A stretch of 64,000 nucleotides of DNA from assembly GCA_018819225.1 (NCBI GenBank), contig JAHJQN010000008.1:96001-160000 (forward strand), given 5' to 3'. The stretch comes from Candidatus Micrarchaeota archaeon (GTDB taxonomy: Archaea > Micrarchaeota > Micrarchaeia > Norongarragalinales > SBBD01). Below, piece by piece: positions 9,972 to 20,021 of this stretch (positions are counted from its first letter, which is position 1; every line of letters starts with the position of its first letter). A model generated the notes under the pieces. The model had not been told where the DNA came from, ran no database searches, and saw nothing but the letters and a program-made list of their open reading frames with translations. A program made the position numbers and the translations under genes.

Positions 9972-10877
9972 ATGTCCAGTTCTCTCCGACTCGTCGACGG
10001 ATCCAATGCCCTGGAAGTCAAACTCGTATCCGAAGACACCCTTTCCATCCTATCCAAGGAACGCATAGCCATCCTCAAGGCCTTAAGCCGAGAATCCCGG
10101 TACCCAGCAGAACTGGCCCGCGAACTCCACATGCAAGTTCAAACCGTGTACTATCACGTCCGTCTCCTCCACGAAGCCAAGCTCATTGAACTTGATCGCT
10201 ACGAGGAACAAGGCGGGGCACTGGCCAAGAAATTCCGTTGCACAACGGAAGCCCTTGCCGTCGTCCTCCACTCCCGCTGGAAACCCTTTTCGGCCATCAA
10301 ACACGCAAAACCGCCTGTTTTCCTCGAACGATTCATCGACCAACGCCTGTTTACCGGTAAAATCATCGTCGGAAGTCCGGACCCCCACGGCCGTTTCCGG
10401 TCCCGAGGAAGCGAATTTTGCGCTACGGAGTTCGCCATGTTTCTCGGACAGTATGCCTCGTTTGAATACCCATTGTACTACTTGGACACGGAGGTCAAAG
10501 AAACCACGAAACGCCAGCCGCTCGTCGTGATCGGCGGACCCAAAGTCAACATGCTCGCATCCGAGCTCAACCCCCACCTGCCCATCCGCTATGAGGAACG
10601 AAGCCTCGAACTCCATTCCACGCTGTCCGGCAAGAAATACTCGGATAACGTCGGGGTCATCGAACTCGTCAACAATCCGTGGAACAAACGAACCCCCATA
10701 CTCTTTCTGGCGGGTTCCGATCATACCAGCACGCGCGTCGCCGTACTCGCGCTACTCAAACACCGAACCGCTCTCGAAAAAGGCAACACGTTCGATTCCT
10801 CGGTCCACGCCAAAATCGTTCAAGGATTTGATGAAGATGGAGACGGAATCGTGGATGCCGTCGAAATTTTAGAATGA
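9972..10877 (+). CDS. ArsR-like wHTH regulator with C-terminal alpha/beta domain
   Basis: RIAILKAL...YPAELARELHMQVQTVYYH HTH; IIVGSPDPHG; VIGGPKVN. Confidence 0.75.
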   Translation: MSSSLRLVDGSNALEVKLVSEDTLSILSKERIAILKALSRESRYPAELARELHMQVQTVYYHVRLLHEAKLIELDRYEEQGGALAKKFRCTTEALAVVLHSRWKPFSAIKHAKPPVFLERFIDQRLFTGKIIVGSPDPHGRFRSRGSEFCATEFAMFLGQYASFEYPLYYLDTEVKETTKRQPLVVIGGPKVNMLASELNPHLPIRYEERSLELHSTLSGKKYSDNVGVIELVNNPWNKRTPILFLAGSDHTSTRVAVLALLKHRTALEKGNTFDSSVHAKIVQGFDEDGDGIVDAVEILE

Positions 10878-10889
10878 GGTGCGTTCATC

Positions 10890-11237
10890 ATGCTCGTCAA
10901 GCGTCCCCAAGATAAATGGCAAGAATGGGAAAAACAGGTTCTCCTCTTTTCCGCACTATTCTTTGCAGGATCATTCATCAAATACTTTTTTGGATACGAC
11001 GCACGCTGGCTCGATTCCATTCTCGCCGTCGCCTCTCCCTTCGGGATACTGGGACTCGGATTCGTGGCAACGGTACGGGGCTTGAAAGCCCTGGTTCACA
11101 AACGAATGATATGGCGCGGCGGCATGGAATTTACTGGAAAAAAAGCACAGTTCGCAGGCACCATGCTCCTTTTTGCGGGCGGTATATTCATGGCGTTAGG
11201 CATTCGCACGCTGATCTGGTTCGTCAATCACTTTTGA
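10890..11237 (+). CDS. Hypothetical membrane protein (3 TM)
   Basis: Hydrophobic segments; GAGGTG RBS. Confidence 0.6.
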   Translation: MLVKRPQDKWQEWEKQVLLFSALFFAGSFIKYFFGYDARWLDSILAVASPFGILGLGFVATVRGLKALVHKRMIWRGGMEFTGKKAQFAGTMLLFAGGIFMALGIRTLIWFVNHF

Positions 11238-11280
11238 AACGCCATCGCGCAACGAATAAAAGCGCATGCCAACATAGGCC

Positions 11281-12084
11281 TTGGGGAAAAACGAATTGAT
11301 ACTAAAATACGGGAGTATTCTGGAAGGCTCCACCGAATACTTTAATGGAAAGACGGCCGCCATCGTATTCTTGGGAGGCTGTCCATTCCGTTGCGGCTAC
11401 TGTTTCTCCGCGCCCCTCATTATCGCCAGCGAACATTCCCAACAAATGGACGTGAAACGTTTCGTCGAATACTTCGAAAGAAAAAAAGCGGAGTTTGATG
11501 CCGTGGTGTTCACTGGAGCCGAACCCCTCCACCAAGCCGAACCCCTCATCGAATTATGCCGTCAACTCAAGGAAAGGGAATTCCTCATCCGGTTGGAAAC
11601 CTCGGGATTCTACGCCGATCACCTGGAACGAATCCTGCCGTACGTCGACAACATCGCACTAGACATCAAGACCGAACTGGACGCCGATCAATACGCTCAA
11701 CTTGTCGGATTTCGCGGGGAACCCGCCACCCTCATGCAAGACACGTTCCGCAGCCTCATCATTCTTCGCGAAGCCAAAAAAGAACGCCCGGATTTATTCG
11801 TGGAAGTTCGCACGACCATCATCCCCGGAATCAACGACACGCCCGAAATAGTGAACGCCATCACGAAGGATTTAGTTTTCGCAGACCAATATGTCCTCCA
11901 GCAATTTACGGTGGAACAAACCCTTATCAACGGGGACTATGCACGAAAAGGAAATACCCCGAAACTCAAACTCATCGAACTGGCGGAAGTGGCCTGCCAA
12001 AACGTATCCCGAGTCGTCATACGCACGAAAGACGACGGAGAACAAGTGTTTCAACCCGGAGGCCCAGTCACCGAAGAATTCTAA
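11281..12084 (+). CDS. Radical SAM glycyl-radical activating enzyme (NrdG/PFL-activase-like)
   Basis: GCPFRCGYC (CxxxCxxC), FTGAEP, LETSG, ALDIK, EVRTTIIPGIND; start uncertain. Confidence 0.85.
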   Translation: MGKNELILKYGSILEGSTEYFNGKTAAIVFLGGCPFRCGYCFSAPLIIASEHSQQMDVKRFVEYFERKKAEFDAVVFTGAEPLHQAEPLIELCRQLKEREFLIRLETSGFYADHLERILPYVDNIALDIKTELDADQYAQLVGFRGEPATLMQDTFRSLIILREAKKERPDLFVEVRTTIIPGINDTPEIVNAITKDLVFADQYVLQQFTVEQTLINGDYARKGNTPKLKLIELAEVACQNVSRVVIRTKDDGEQVFQPGGPVTEEF

Positions 12085-12099
12085 TCAAGGGATTCAACC

Positions 12100-13296
12100 A
12101 TGAAAAAAGAGTTGACGAAAACAGAAGACATCATGCAAAAAGCGCTCGTATTTCACCGAAAATATAAGGGAAAGATCGGAATTCGCAGTAAAGTGCCACT
12201 GAAAACCCTAAAGGATTTGAGCATGGCCTATACGCCGGGCGTGGCCCAACCGTCCCTCGCCATTACCACGAATCCCTCCGATATTTACAAATACACGTCC
12301 AAAGGCCACTTGATCGCCATCGTCACCGACGGCTCGGCCGTACTCGGACTCGGCAACATCGGAGCCGCTGCGGCGCTCCCCGTCATGGAAGGAAAAGCCG
12401 TATTATTCAAACGATTCGCCAACATCGACGCGTTCCCCGTCTGCATTTCAACCCAAGACGTGGATCATTTCGTGGACATCGTCACCCATATTGCATCACC
12501 CTACGGTGGCATTAATCTCGAAGACATTTCGGCCCCCCGATGCTTCGAAATCGAAAAGAAATTGAAAGCCGCACTCAATATACCGGTATTTCATGATGAC
12601 CAACACGGCACCGCAATCGTCGTACTCGCGGCCCTCCAGAACGCGCTCACGCTCGCCGAAAAAAAACGGGAAGAGGTGAAAATCACCGTCGTGGGAGCCG
12701 GAGCTGCCGGAACCGCAGTGACCAACCTATTGCTGGACCAAGGCGTTCGGAATATCGTCGTGTGCGATCGCACCGGCATCCTCATCAATGAACGAGAATA
12801 CTCTAACCAATATTTGAAAGACCTCGCTCAAAAAACCAACCCCCATCACCTTTCAGGCCAACTCGAGGACGCCATGAAAAACTCGGACGTATTCATTGGC
12901 GTGTCATCCGGAAACATTGTCTCCAATGAAATGGTTCAATCCATGAATGAAAAACCCATCGTGTTCGCCATGGCGAACCCCATGCCAGAAATCATGCCTC
13001 ATAAAGCAAAAGAAGCCGGAGCGTTCATCATCGCCACCGGTCGCAGCGATTACCCGAACCAAGTCAACAATGCCCTGGCATTCCCAGGCGTATTCAAAGG
13101 AACGTTGCGCGCGCGCGCCAAAGACATCAATATGGAAATGAAACTCGCGGCCGCCGAAGCCCTCGCAGCCTGCATTCCCGAAAACGAGTTGAAACCCGAT
13201 TATATAATTCCGAGCCCGTTCAACCCACTCGTCGTAAAAAACGTATCCGAAGCCGTCCGCAAAGCCGCTGTAGCCAGCCACGTCGCCCGCATTTAA
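12100..13296 (+). CDS. NAD(P)-dependent malic enzyme
   Basis: AYTPGVA, VTDGSAVLGLGNIG, INLEDI, FHDDQHGTA, GAGAAG, NQVNN. Confidence 0.96.
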   Translation: MKKELTKTEDIMQKALVFHRKYKGKIGIRSKVPLKTLKDLSMAYTPGVAQPSLAITTNPSDIYKYTSKGHLIAIVTDGSAVLGLGNIGAAAALPVMEGKAVLFKRFANIDAFPVCISTQDVDHFVDIVTHIASPYGGINLEDISAPRCFEIEKKLKAALNIPVFHDDQHGTAIVVLAALQNALTLAEKKREEVKITVVGAGAAGTAVTNLLLDQGVRNIVVCDRTGILINEREYSNQYLKDLAQKTNPHHLSGQLEDAMKNSDVFIGVSSGNIVSNEMVQSMNEKPIVFAMANPMPEIMPHKAKEAGAFIIATGRSDYPNQVNNALAFPGVFKGTLRARAKDINMEMKLAAAEALAACIPENELKPDYIIPSPFNPLVVKNVSEAVRKAAVASHVARI

Positions 13297-14078
13297 TCGA
13301 TGGAAATAATGGTTGCGGGCACGCGCTTATGCTGATTTTGCCCCATGCGCGTCAACACGTTTTCCACAAGCTCATGTCCGTATTTTTCATCCAGGGCCGA
13401 CCGCGATTGTTTCATATCCAAATACGATACGAGAATGTGATCCAACGCGGAATACGAAACCCCCAACTCCGCCTCATCCGTCTGACCCTCCCATAAACCG
13501 GCTGAAGGCGCCTTCCGAATGATTTCTTTGGGTATGGCCAGCATCAACGCCAATTTCTTCACCTGAGTTTTGTACAGCGCTCCGACCGGTAACACATCGG
13601 CCGCACCATCCCCAAATTTAGTGAAATAACCCATCAACCGCTCGCTTTTATTGCTCGTCCCCACCACCAACGCGTCCGTTTCCCTTGCGAAATGGTATAA
13701 CAACGTCATACGCGACCGTGCCATGAAATTGCCTCGCGCAATGGGATCGCTCGATTGAACCGTCTGCGCATAGTGATCCGCTATCCCTTGAATGGAATGC
13801 GTTTCAAACGAGACACCGAATTGATTGGCGACATTCCGCGCATCCGATTCCTCTGACGCATACGCATCCGATGGAAGAAAATAGGCCAAGACGTTTTCTT
13901 TTCCGAGCGATTGCACCAACAAGGCGCATACGACGGCGGAATCCACGCCGCCACTCAACCCCAACACCGCTTTCGTTTTTCGCGCTTTTTTGAAATACGT
14001 CTGAATGCCTTGAACGAGTTTGAACTTCAACTCCAGATTGGCGTACAAGAATTCACCGAACCCGCTTTTTTCAACCAT
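13293..14078 (-). CDS. nadE: NH3-dependent NAD+ synthetase
   Basis: LGLSGGVDS, GTSNKSE, GYFTKFGDG, PSAGLWEGQTDE. Confidence 0.96.
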   Translation of the reverse strand: MVEKSGFGEFLYANLELKFKLVQGIQTYFKKARKTKAVLGLSGGVDSAVVCALLVQSLGKENVLAYFLPSDAYASEESDARNVANQFGVSFETHSIQGIADHYAQTVQSSDPIARGNFMARSRMTLLYHFARETDALVVGTSNKSERLMGYFTKFGDGAADVLPVGALYKTQVKKLALMLAIPKEIIRKAPSAGLWEGQTDEAELGVSYSALDHILVSYLDMKQSRSALDEKYGHELVENVLTRMGQNQHKRVPATIISID

Positions 14079-14164
14079 AGGAACACCACGAACCCCATAA
14101 ACGAAGAGATGAAAACATTAATATTAATCCATCTCCAGAATAAAAGAAGGAGGTTGAAGCCATT

Positions 14165-14572
14165 ATGCCCATCCCCGCCAGACGAATGCCCGAAATCAAC
14201 CGTGAACATCTTGAATCCAATCGAAAAAGCCTGACGGGCGCTTTAGGGGGAGTCAGCAACGCCCGCACCATTTTACGTCTCGCTGAACAACAGCCCGTAT
14301 TTCGAACACGCATGCTGAGTGGAGAACGCTTTGAAGGCATTCGACAGATGGTAGAAAAAGAACGAGCAGAAAGAATGGGGAGACGAGTGATGATCAATTC
14401 TGCGCAAGTGCTTAAACGACTGGCCGTAACCGGAAGCCGAAGTGCTTTAACCAACCGACCGCTACCCCGAACCTCGGAAGCCGCCCGATTGCTGCAAATG
14501 GCGCGTCGAAGACCCGAGGAAAGACGGCTCCTGGGATGGTTCGGGGAAGCGCGAAGAAACCGCCGCATTTAA
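14165..14572 (+). CDS. Hypothetical Arg-rich orphan protein
   Basis: AGGAGG RBS, AT-rich upstream region, fills the gap between nadE and thiL. Confidence 0.55.
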   Translation: MPIPARRMPEINREHLESNRKSLTGALGGVSNARTILRLAEQQPVFRTRMLSGERFEGIRQMVEKERAERMGRRVMINSAQVLKRLAVTGSRSALTNRPLPRTSEAARLLQMARRRPEERRLLGWFGEARRNRRI

Positions 14573-15510
14573 TTCGACTTGAAATGCTCGTATCCCTTGT
14601 TCTCCAGCGGTCGCACCTGATTATCGCACTTCAAGAACACCCCCGAACCATCCGTCACTTCACCGATCGGAATACCCGAAGCCCCTTTCTCTCCAGAAAA
14701 AACAATCTGATAGTCTTCCCCGTGATTCAAAGCCACGTCCTCCGCATTCAAATCGTGTTCCTTGCACAGACGTTCCAAATCGGGATTCAACGGAAGGCGA
14801 TCCCAGTCAATCACGATTCGTTTCTTGCTTAAACGAGCCAGCTCGTGAAGCTCGAACGCCAAACCATCCGACACGTCAATGCCCGCATGCATTTTTCCCT
14901 CTGAAAGAATGCGCTTGCAAAGCGCCCAATCCAGCTCAGGAGCATCTTGAGCGTCCAAGAATTTCTGCGGAACGACAAAATGTTTTTTTCGCGATAAATA
15001 CCCTAATGCCGCGTTCCCGATTTCACCCGTCAAATAGATCGCATCACCGGGTTGAGCCGCATTCCGCAATAAGGGCGGCCCATCCAAAAAGCCCAGGAGC
15101 GCTCCCGAATAAACGAATTCCGTTCCCTTGTTGGTATCGCCGCCCAAAAGAAACGCATCGTATTTCTTCAACTCACCATCCATTCCATCGTACAATTTTT
15201 CTAAAAAAGAAATATCGGTGTCCGGAGGAGCCGTAAAGCAATGGAAAAAATATTTGGGAAGCGCCCCCTTGCATATCACATCGGAAACGTGCGAGGCCAC
15301 GATCTTCCGCCCCATTTTCTCAGGATCTGGATTCGTAAAGTGCGTGGAAAGCACGCCCATGTCCGTGGAGAGCACGAGGCGTTTTCCCTGCGGATCAAAA
15401 ATCGCGGCATCATCATGCAAATCCGCAATAACGGAAGGATCACGACGCAAACGCTTCACTAACCGCTCGACAATGTTTCGTTCCCCAAGATCGGAAATCT
15501 TCACAAACAA
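14569..15510 (-). CDS. thiL: Thiamine-monophosphate kinase
   Basis: LGE, DDAA, STD, GGDT, IDVSDGL, GEDY, GYEHF. Confidence 0.93.
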   Translation of the reverse strand: MFVKISDLGERNIVERLVKRLRRDPSVIADLHDDAAIFDPQGKRLVLSTDMGVLSTHFTNPDPEKMGRKIVASHVSDVICKGALPKYFFHCFTAPPDTDISFLEKLYDGMDGELKKYDAFLLGGDTNKGTEFVYSGALLGFLDGPPLLRNAAQPGDAIYLTGEIGNAALGYLSRKKHFVVPQKFLDAQDAPELDWALCKRILSEGKMHAGIDVSDGLAFELHELARLSKKRIVIDWDRLPLNPDLERLCKEHDLNAEDVALNHGEDYQIVFSGEKGASGIPIGEVTDGSGVFLKCDNQVRPLENKGYEHFKSN

Positions 15511-15513
15511 CCC

Positions 15514-16128
15514 TCAATCAAAAAACGTCGTAAATTTTCTAGCGGCGATTTCCCAGTCCGGCGCATTTAAGATGCTGGAAATAACGGCAAGCGAATCCGC
15601 GCCGGCTTCCAAAACAGACGGCGCGTTTTCTAACGTAATGCCGCCGATGGCCACCAACGGCTTAGAGGTTAACACGCGAAGTTCACTTAAACCCGCTAAT
15701 CCCAACGGGGGAGCCGCATCGGGTTTGGTGGACGTGGAAAACACGGGACTCCAACTCAAATGATCCGCGAGCTCGCTTCCCGGTAAATGATCCAACGAAG
15801 AAATGGAGATTCCCAGTAATTTTTCGGTGCCCAAGGCCTCATGGGCTTTCGTTAGTGAAAGGTCGTGCTGGCCAACATGCAATCCATCCGCATTCACTTC
15901 CAAAGCCAGCTTCAAATAATCATTGACCAAGAAGGTCGCGTGGAACTCATTGCATAAATCTCGAATGGCCTGGGCCTCCTCCAGCATCCTCGAATACGGC
16001 AAATTCTTTTCCCGGTATTGAATCGTGACCGCACCCCCTTTCAACACCGATGAAACGGATTCGAGCACGCGGCCTTTGGAAAGCCCGCGATCCGTAACGA
16101 AATACAATCCATTCGAAAGCCTAGGCAT
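15514..16128 (-). CDS. thiE: Thiamine-phosphate synthase
   Basis: LYFVTD, QYREK, VND, GLHVGQHD, VAIGGI. Confidence 0.93.
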   Translation of the reverse strand: MPRLSNGLYFVTDRGLSKGRVLESVSSVLKGGAVTIQYREKNLPYSRMLEEAQAIRDLCNEFHATFLVNDYLKLALEVNADGLHVGQHDLSLTKAHEALGTEKLLGISISSLDHLPGSELADHLSWSPVFSTSTKPDAAPPLGLAGLSELRVLTSKPLVAIGGITLENAPSVLEAGADSLAVISSILNAPDWEIAARKFTTFFD

Positions 16129-16915
16129 ATTCCGAAACCTTCGCCAGCTGCTCCACCTGCGCCTCGCTTAAATGAAACAACGCGTCATAAAAGTGTTCCT
16201 TAAACGTGCCCGGTCCCCCGGCTTTCTCAGCCGCCAGTTCACCGGCAATCCCGAAACAGGCGAGTGCACATGAAGCCGCAACCAATAAGTCCTTCTCAAC
16301 CGCCGCAAAAGAAGCGATCACGGAAGTGACCATGCACCCCGTACCCACCACGTTGCCCATCATGCGATGACCGTTCTTAACCAGAATCGTCTGAAAACCG
16401 TTACTCACAATATCCGTTGCACCCGTAATAACGACCGTGCACTGTAACTGCTGAGCCAAGCGCATCGCAATATCTTCCGGTTTTCCCTCCACGCCAGCGG
16501 ATTCCACGCCACGCGTCACGGATTTGACGCCCAACAAACTCGCGATCTCCGACGCATTTCCTTTCACGATGTTGATTTTCACATTTTTGATGAGCTGAGC
16601 GGACTTCTCGTTGCGAAAAGAGGTCGCGCCCGCGCCAACGGCATCCAAAACCACCGGAATGCCTTTCGCGTTCGCTTTCTGACCCGCCATCACCATCGCG
16701 TCAATGAGGGATTGGGTCAACGTTCCGATGTTCAATACCAGAGCATTGGAAATGCCCGTCATGTCCTGCACTTCCTCCGGAGCATGCGCCATCACGGGAA
16801 GCGCACCCACCGCACGCGTCACGTTAGCGCAATCGTAAATCGTCACCCAATTCGTAATATGGTGCACGAGCGGTTTCTCCGATCGAACCGTATTCAGTAC
16901 GCGGTAAGGTTTCAC
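16121..16915 (-). CDS. thiM: Hydroxyethylthiazole kinase
   Basis: PLVHHITNWV, LNIGTL, KGNASEI, VVGTGC. Confidence 0.95.
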   Translation of the reverse strand: MKPYRVLNTVRSEKPLVHHITNWVTIYDCANVTRAVGALPVMAHAPEEVQDMTGISNALVLNIGTLTQSLIDAMVMAGQKANAKGIPVVLDAVGAGATSFRNEKSAQLIKNVKINIVKGNASEIASLLGVKSVTRGVESAGVEGKPEDIAMRLAQQLQCTVVITGATDIVSNGFQTILVKNGHRMMGNVVGTGCMVTSVIASFAAVEKDLLVAASCALACFGIAGELAAEKAGGPGTFKEHFYDALFHLSEAQVEQLAKVSEYA

Positions 16916-16942
16916 CTTGATCGACCTCCCTTGAATAAAACG

Positions 16943-17500
16943 CTATTTGAGCATCTCGCTGCGCGCGTGCTCCACTTGAGAACGCACCATGTCTTGTTTG
17001 TGCTTCAACGCTCCGACTAACGAAGCGGAATACTTGAGCACCATCAAATTGTCGTAAAGCTCGTTCATTTTCTCGAAATAGTATTCGGCATCCTCTTTCC
17101 GGTTCGCACGCAACGCCAATTGCAGCGCCCGACGCAATTCACCCACCACATCCGCCAATCCCGAGAGCCACGGCTTGAAATCGACGTTCAGATCCGTGTA
17201 ATCCGGAATCGGTTGCTTCTTGTAAATCGCATTCAACACCTTAATCTCCACGACCTCTTGATACGCCTGCTGTGAAATGTGCTCAAAATCACGATCGACG
17301 TTTTTCATGGCCGCCACCTTGACATCGATTTGAGGCAGAAGTTCCTCGCACGCCTTGAAGTCGCCTACGTGAAGATATTTGATGGCTTTCGCGCAATCCC
17401 GAATGATTTCACGATTCGCGCGAAGCACGTTCTCTTGCCGCGACTCCTTTTCAGACAGCTGCGCATCAATGACTTGCATCGCCCGATCCAATTTACTCAT
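16943..17500 (-). CDS. Translin/TRAX family protein
   Basis: REIIR, QQAYQEVVE, WLSGLADVVGELRR. Confidence 0.88.
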   Translation of the reverse strand: MSKLDRAMQVIDAQLSEKESRQENVLRANREIIRDCAKAIKYLHVGDFKACEELLPQIDVKVAAMKNVDRDFEHISQQAYQEVVEIKVLNAIYKKQPIPDYTDLNVDFKPWLSGLADVVGELRRALQLALRANRKEDAEYYFEKMNELYDNLMVLKYSASLVGALKHKQDMVRSQVEHARSEMLK

Positions 17501-17624
17501 CGTATACCCTCTCGAAATAAACAGCAGCATATAACTACAGAGGCTCGCGCTTTAATTCTTTTTGCTAAACGAATCCAGGAAAATGATAAGCCGTTTATAA
17601 ACGTTGACACGCAAAGAAAACCGT

Positions 17625-18266
17625 ATGAAGCGCCTCCTCCGCTTTTTTATTCCAAAAGAAGAAAAATTCTACGATATGCTCATCGGGCAGTCAAGAACCA
17701 GCCTGCAAGCCGTCCACGAACTCCATGCCCTCGTCAAGGAATACAACCGCCTGAACGCCAGCGAAAAGAAAGACCGCATCAAAAAAATCCACGCGTTGGA
17801 AAATCAATGCGACCACCAAACGCACGCGATCATTGACACGCTTCACACCTCGTTCATCACGCCCATCGACCGAGAGGACATCCACGAACTCGCCCAGTTG
17901 CTCGACGATCAAATCGATCATATGGATCGGCTGGCCAAAAAACTGGAACGATTCCACGTGAACAAAGTGCCGGAAACGTTTGTAGCCCTCGTGACGATTT
18001 CAGAACGGTGCGTAAGACAGTCTCACGAAGCCGTGACCCATCTGCGTAAACAAAACCACATCAAGCCCCACCTCATCAAAATTCACGACCTGGAAGAGGA
18101 AGCGGATACCCTATTCGGAGAAGCGATTCAAGACTTGTTTGAAAACGGTAATGATCCGCTGGAGGTCATTAAATTGAAAGACTTGTACGAGAATGCCGAA
18201 GCCATTGCCAACAACTGTCAAGCCGTCGGCATCCTCATCGAAGGCATTGTGGTCAAGCATGCTTGA
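17625..18266 (+). CDS. DUF47 / PhoU-like phosphate transport regulator
   Basis: IPKEEKFY, SFITPIDREDIHEL, LEEEAD; upstream of Pit. Confidence 0.9.
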   Translation: MKRLLRFFIPKEEKFYDMLIGQSRTSLQAVHELHALVKEYNRLNASEKKDRIKKIHALENQCDHQTHAIIDTLHTSFITPIDREDIHELAQLLDDQIDHMDRLAKKLERFHVNKVPETFVALVTISERCVRQSHEAVTHLRKQNHIKPHLIKIHDLEEEADTLFGEAIQDLFENGNDPLEVIKLKDLYENAEAIANNCQAVGILIEGIVVKHA

Positions 18267-19260
18267 TCCATTTACGTTAGTCATCATCGGCATCGTCATC
18301 GCTCTCGCCTTCGATTTTGGGAACGGATTTAACGATGCGGCGAACGCCATTTCCACCATCGTCGCCACCGGCGTACTGACGTTACCCCAAGCCGTCATGC
18401 TCTCCGCCTTCTTTAATTTCGTTGCCGCCTTCGTTTTTACGACGGCAGTTGCCACCACGATTGGAAGCGGCATGATTCAGCCCGAAGTAGTGACCCCCGC
18501 CATGATTATCGCCGGACTCATCGGCGCCATCATCTGGGTATACGGAGCATCCTTTCTCGGCATCCCCGTATCCGCCAGCCACGCCCTCATCGGAGGATAC
18601 ATTGGAGCCGCCATTTCCGGAGCGGGTTTTTCCAGCATCATCTCCGACGGCATTCTGCTCATCCTCGCCTTCATATTTATTGCCCCCGTATTAGGCATGA
18701 TCAGCGCCTTCCTATTCAGTGCACTGGTATACCGAATCGTACGACATTCATCGCCCCATAGCGTGAACGAACACTTCAAGAAACTGCAACTCGTGTCCGC
18801 CTCCATTTACAGTTTGGGGCATGGAACCAACGACGCACAAAAAACCATGGGCATCATCTCCATCCTGTTGTTTAGCGGAGGGTGGCTGGGAGAAACGTTT
18901 TACGTTCCGTTCTGGGTCATCATCCTGTCGCATACGACCATCGCCCTCGGAACCATAGCGGGCGGATGGAAAGTGATTCGAACGTTGGGCATGCGCATTA
19001 CGCGTCTGCGACCGTTTCATGGATTCTGTGCGGAAACCTCGGGAGCCGGAGTCATTATCGGGAGCACCCTCCTCGGCATCCCGGTCAGCACCACTCACGT
19101 CATATCCGGGGCCATAGCCGGCGTAGGGGTTACGAGACGCGTCTCAGCCGTCCGGTGGAAACTGGCGCTAAAAATCGTGATGGCATGGATCCTAACCCTA
19201 CCCGTAACCGCCATCGTCGGCGGCATCGCTTATTTTGGAGTCAAAGCGCTCGTAGGCTAG
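18259..19260 (+). CDS. pit: Inorganic phosphate transporter (PiT family)
   Basis: GFNDAANAIST, HGTNDAQK, GIPVSTTH. Confidence 0.95.
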   Translation: MLDPFTLVIIGIVIALAFDFGNGFNDAANAISTIVATGVLTLPQAVMLSAFFNFVAAFVFTTAVATTIGSGMIQPEVVTPAMIIAGLIGAIIWVYGASFLGIPVSASHALIGGYIGAAISGAGFSSIISDGILLILAFIFIAPVLGMISAFLFSALVYRIVRHSSPHSVNEHFKKLQLVSASIYSLGHGTNDAQKTMGIISILLFSGGWLGETFYVPFWVIILSHTTIALGTIAGGWKVIRTLGMRITRLRPFHGFCAETSGAGVIIGSTLLGIPVSTTHVISGAIAGVGVTRRVSAVRWKLALKIVMAWILTLPVTAIVGGIAYFGVKALVG

Positions 19261-19318
19261 TTCAGAGAAACGTTAAAAACCTCGCCGACCTAACGAAATG
19301 ACAAGAATGGGATGATTT

Positions 19319-20014
19319 ATGCGCACCGTCGTCATATCTTTGGGAGGCAGTACGCTGTTCGAAAGCGGATGCGTGGATACCGCGTTCGTGAAGGATATTT
19401 GCAGGCTACTCGTCACGCTGAAAGATAAAGCGCGAATCGCCGTCGTGGTAGGCGGAGGACGGTATGCGCGGGATTATGCCACCGCGATCCGGAACGCCAG
19501 CGGAAACGAGTTCTTAGCCGATCGAGCCGCCATTTTTGCAACCAAAGCCAACGCGACCGTCATTCAAGCCGGGTTAGGGGATGCCGCTTTCCCCCGCCTC
19601 ATCCAAGTGCTGGATGACGCGGCGATTGCCTTGAACGAGGGAAAAATTGCCGTGGGATGCGGGATACTAGAAGGCGTTTCAACCGATTTCGACAGTATGC
19701 TTCTCGCCGAACGCGTCCAGGCGGATGCCGTCATTAATGCAAGCAACACCGACGGCGTATACTCGGAAGATCCAAAAAAGAACGCGAAGGCCAGCAAGTT
19801 CAAAACGCTTACACACGAACAGCTCGAAACCATGGCGTCGGCGTCCGATACGCGGAAGGCCGGAACGCATTTTCCGTTCGATGTGATTGCCAGCAAGCTG
19901 GCAGCGAGAAGTAAAATGGAGATTCATTTCGTGAAAGGCCGAAACCTCAACGACTTGGAAAAAGCGATTCTCGGCAAGCCCCATTCCGGTACGCTGATCA
20001 AAGAATCAAGTTGA
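19319..20014 (+). CDS. pyrH: UMP kinase (archaeal)
   Basis: VISLGGS, VVGGG..AR, STD, DGVYSEDPK, PFD. Confidence 0.92.
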   Translation: MRTVVISLGGSTLFESGCVDTAFVKDICRLLVTLKDKARIAVVVGGGRYARDYATAIRNASGNEFLADRAAIFATKANATVIQAGLGDAAFPRLIQVLDDAAIALNEGKIAVGCGILEGVSTDFDSMLLAERVQADAVINASNTDGVYSEDPKKNAKASKFKTLTHEQLETMASASDTRKAGTHFPFDVIASKLAARSKMEIHFVKGRNLNDLEKAILGKPHSGTLIKESS

Positions 20015-20021
20015 ACGTCCC

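Noticed and set aside
16916-16942. TPP riboswitch upstream of thiM
   Set aside because: Only 27 nt are available and no riboswitch core is present.
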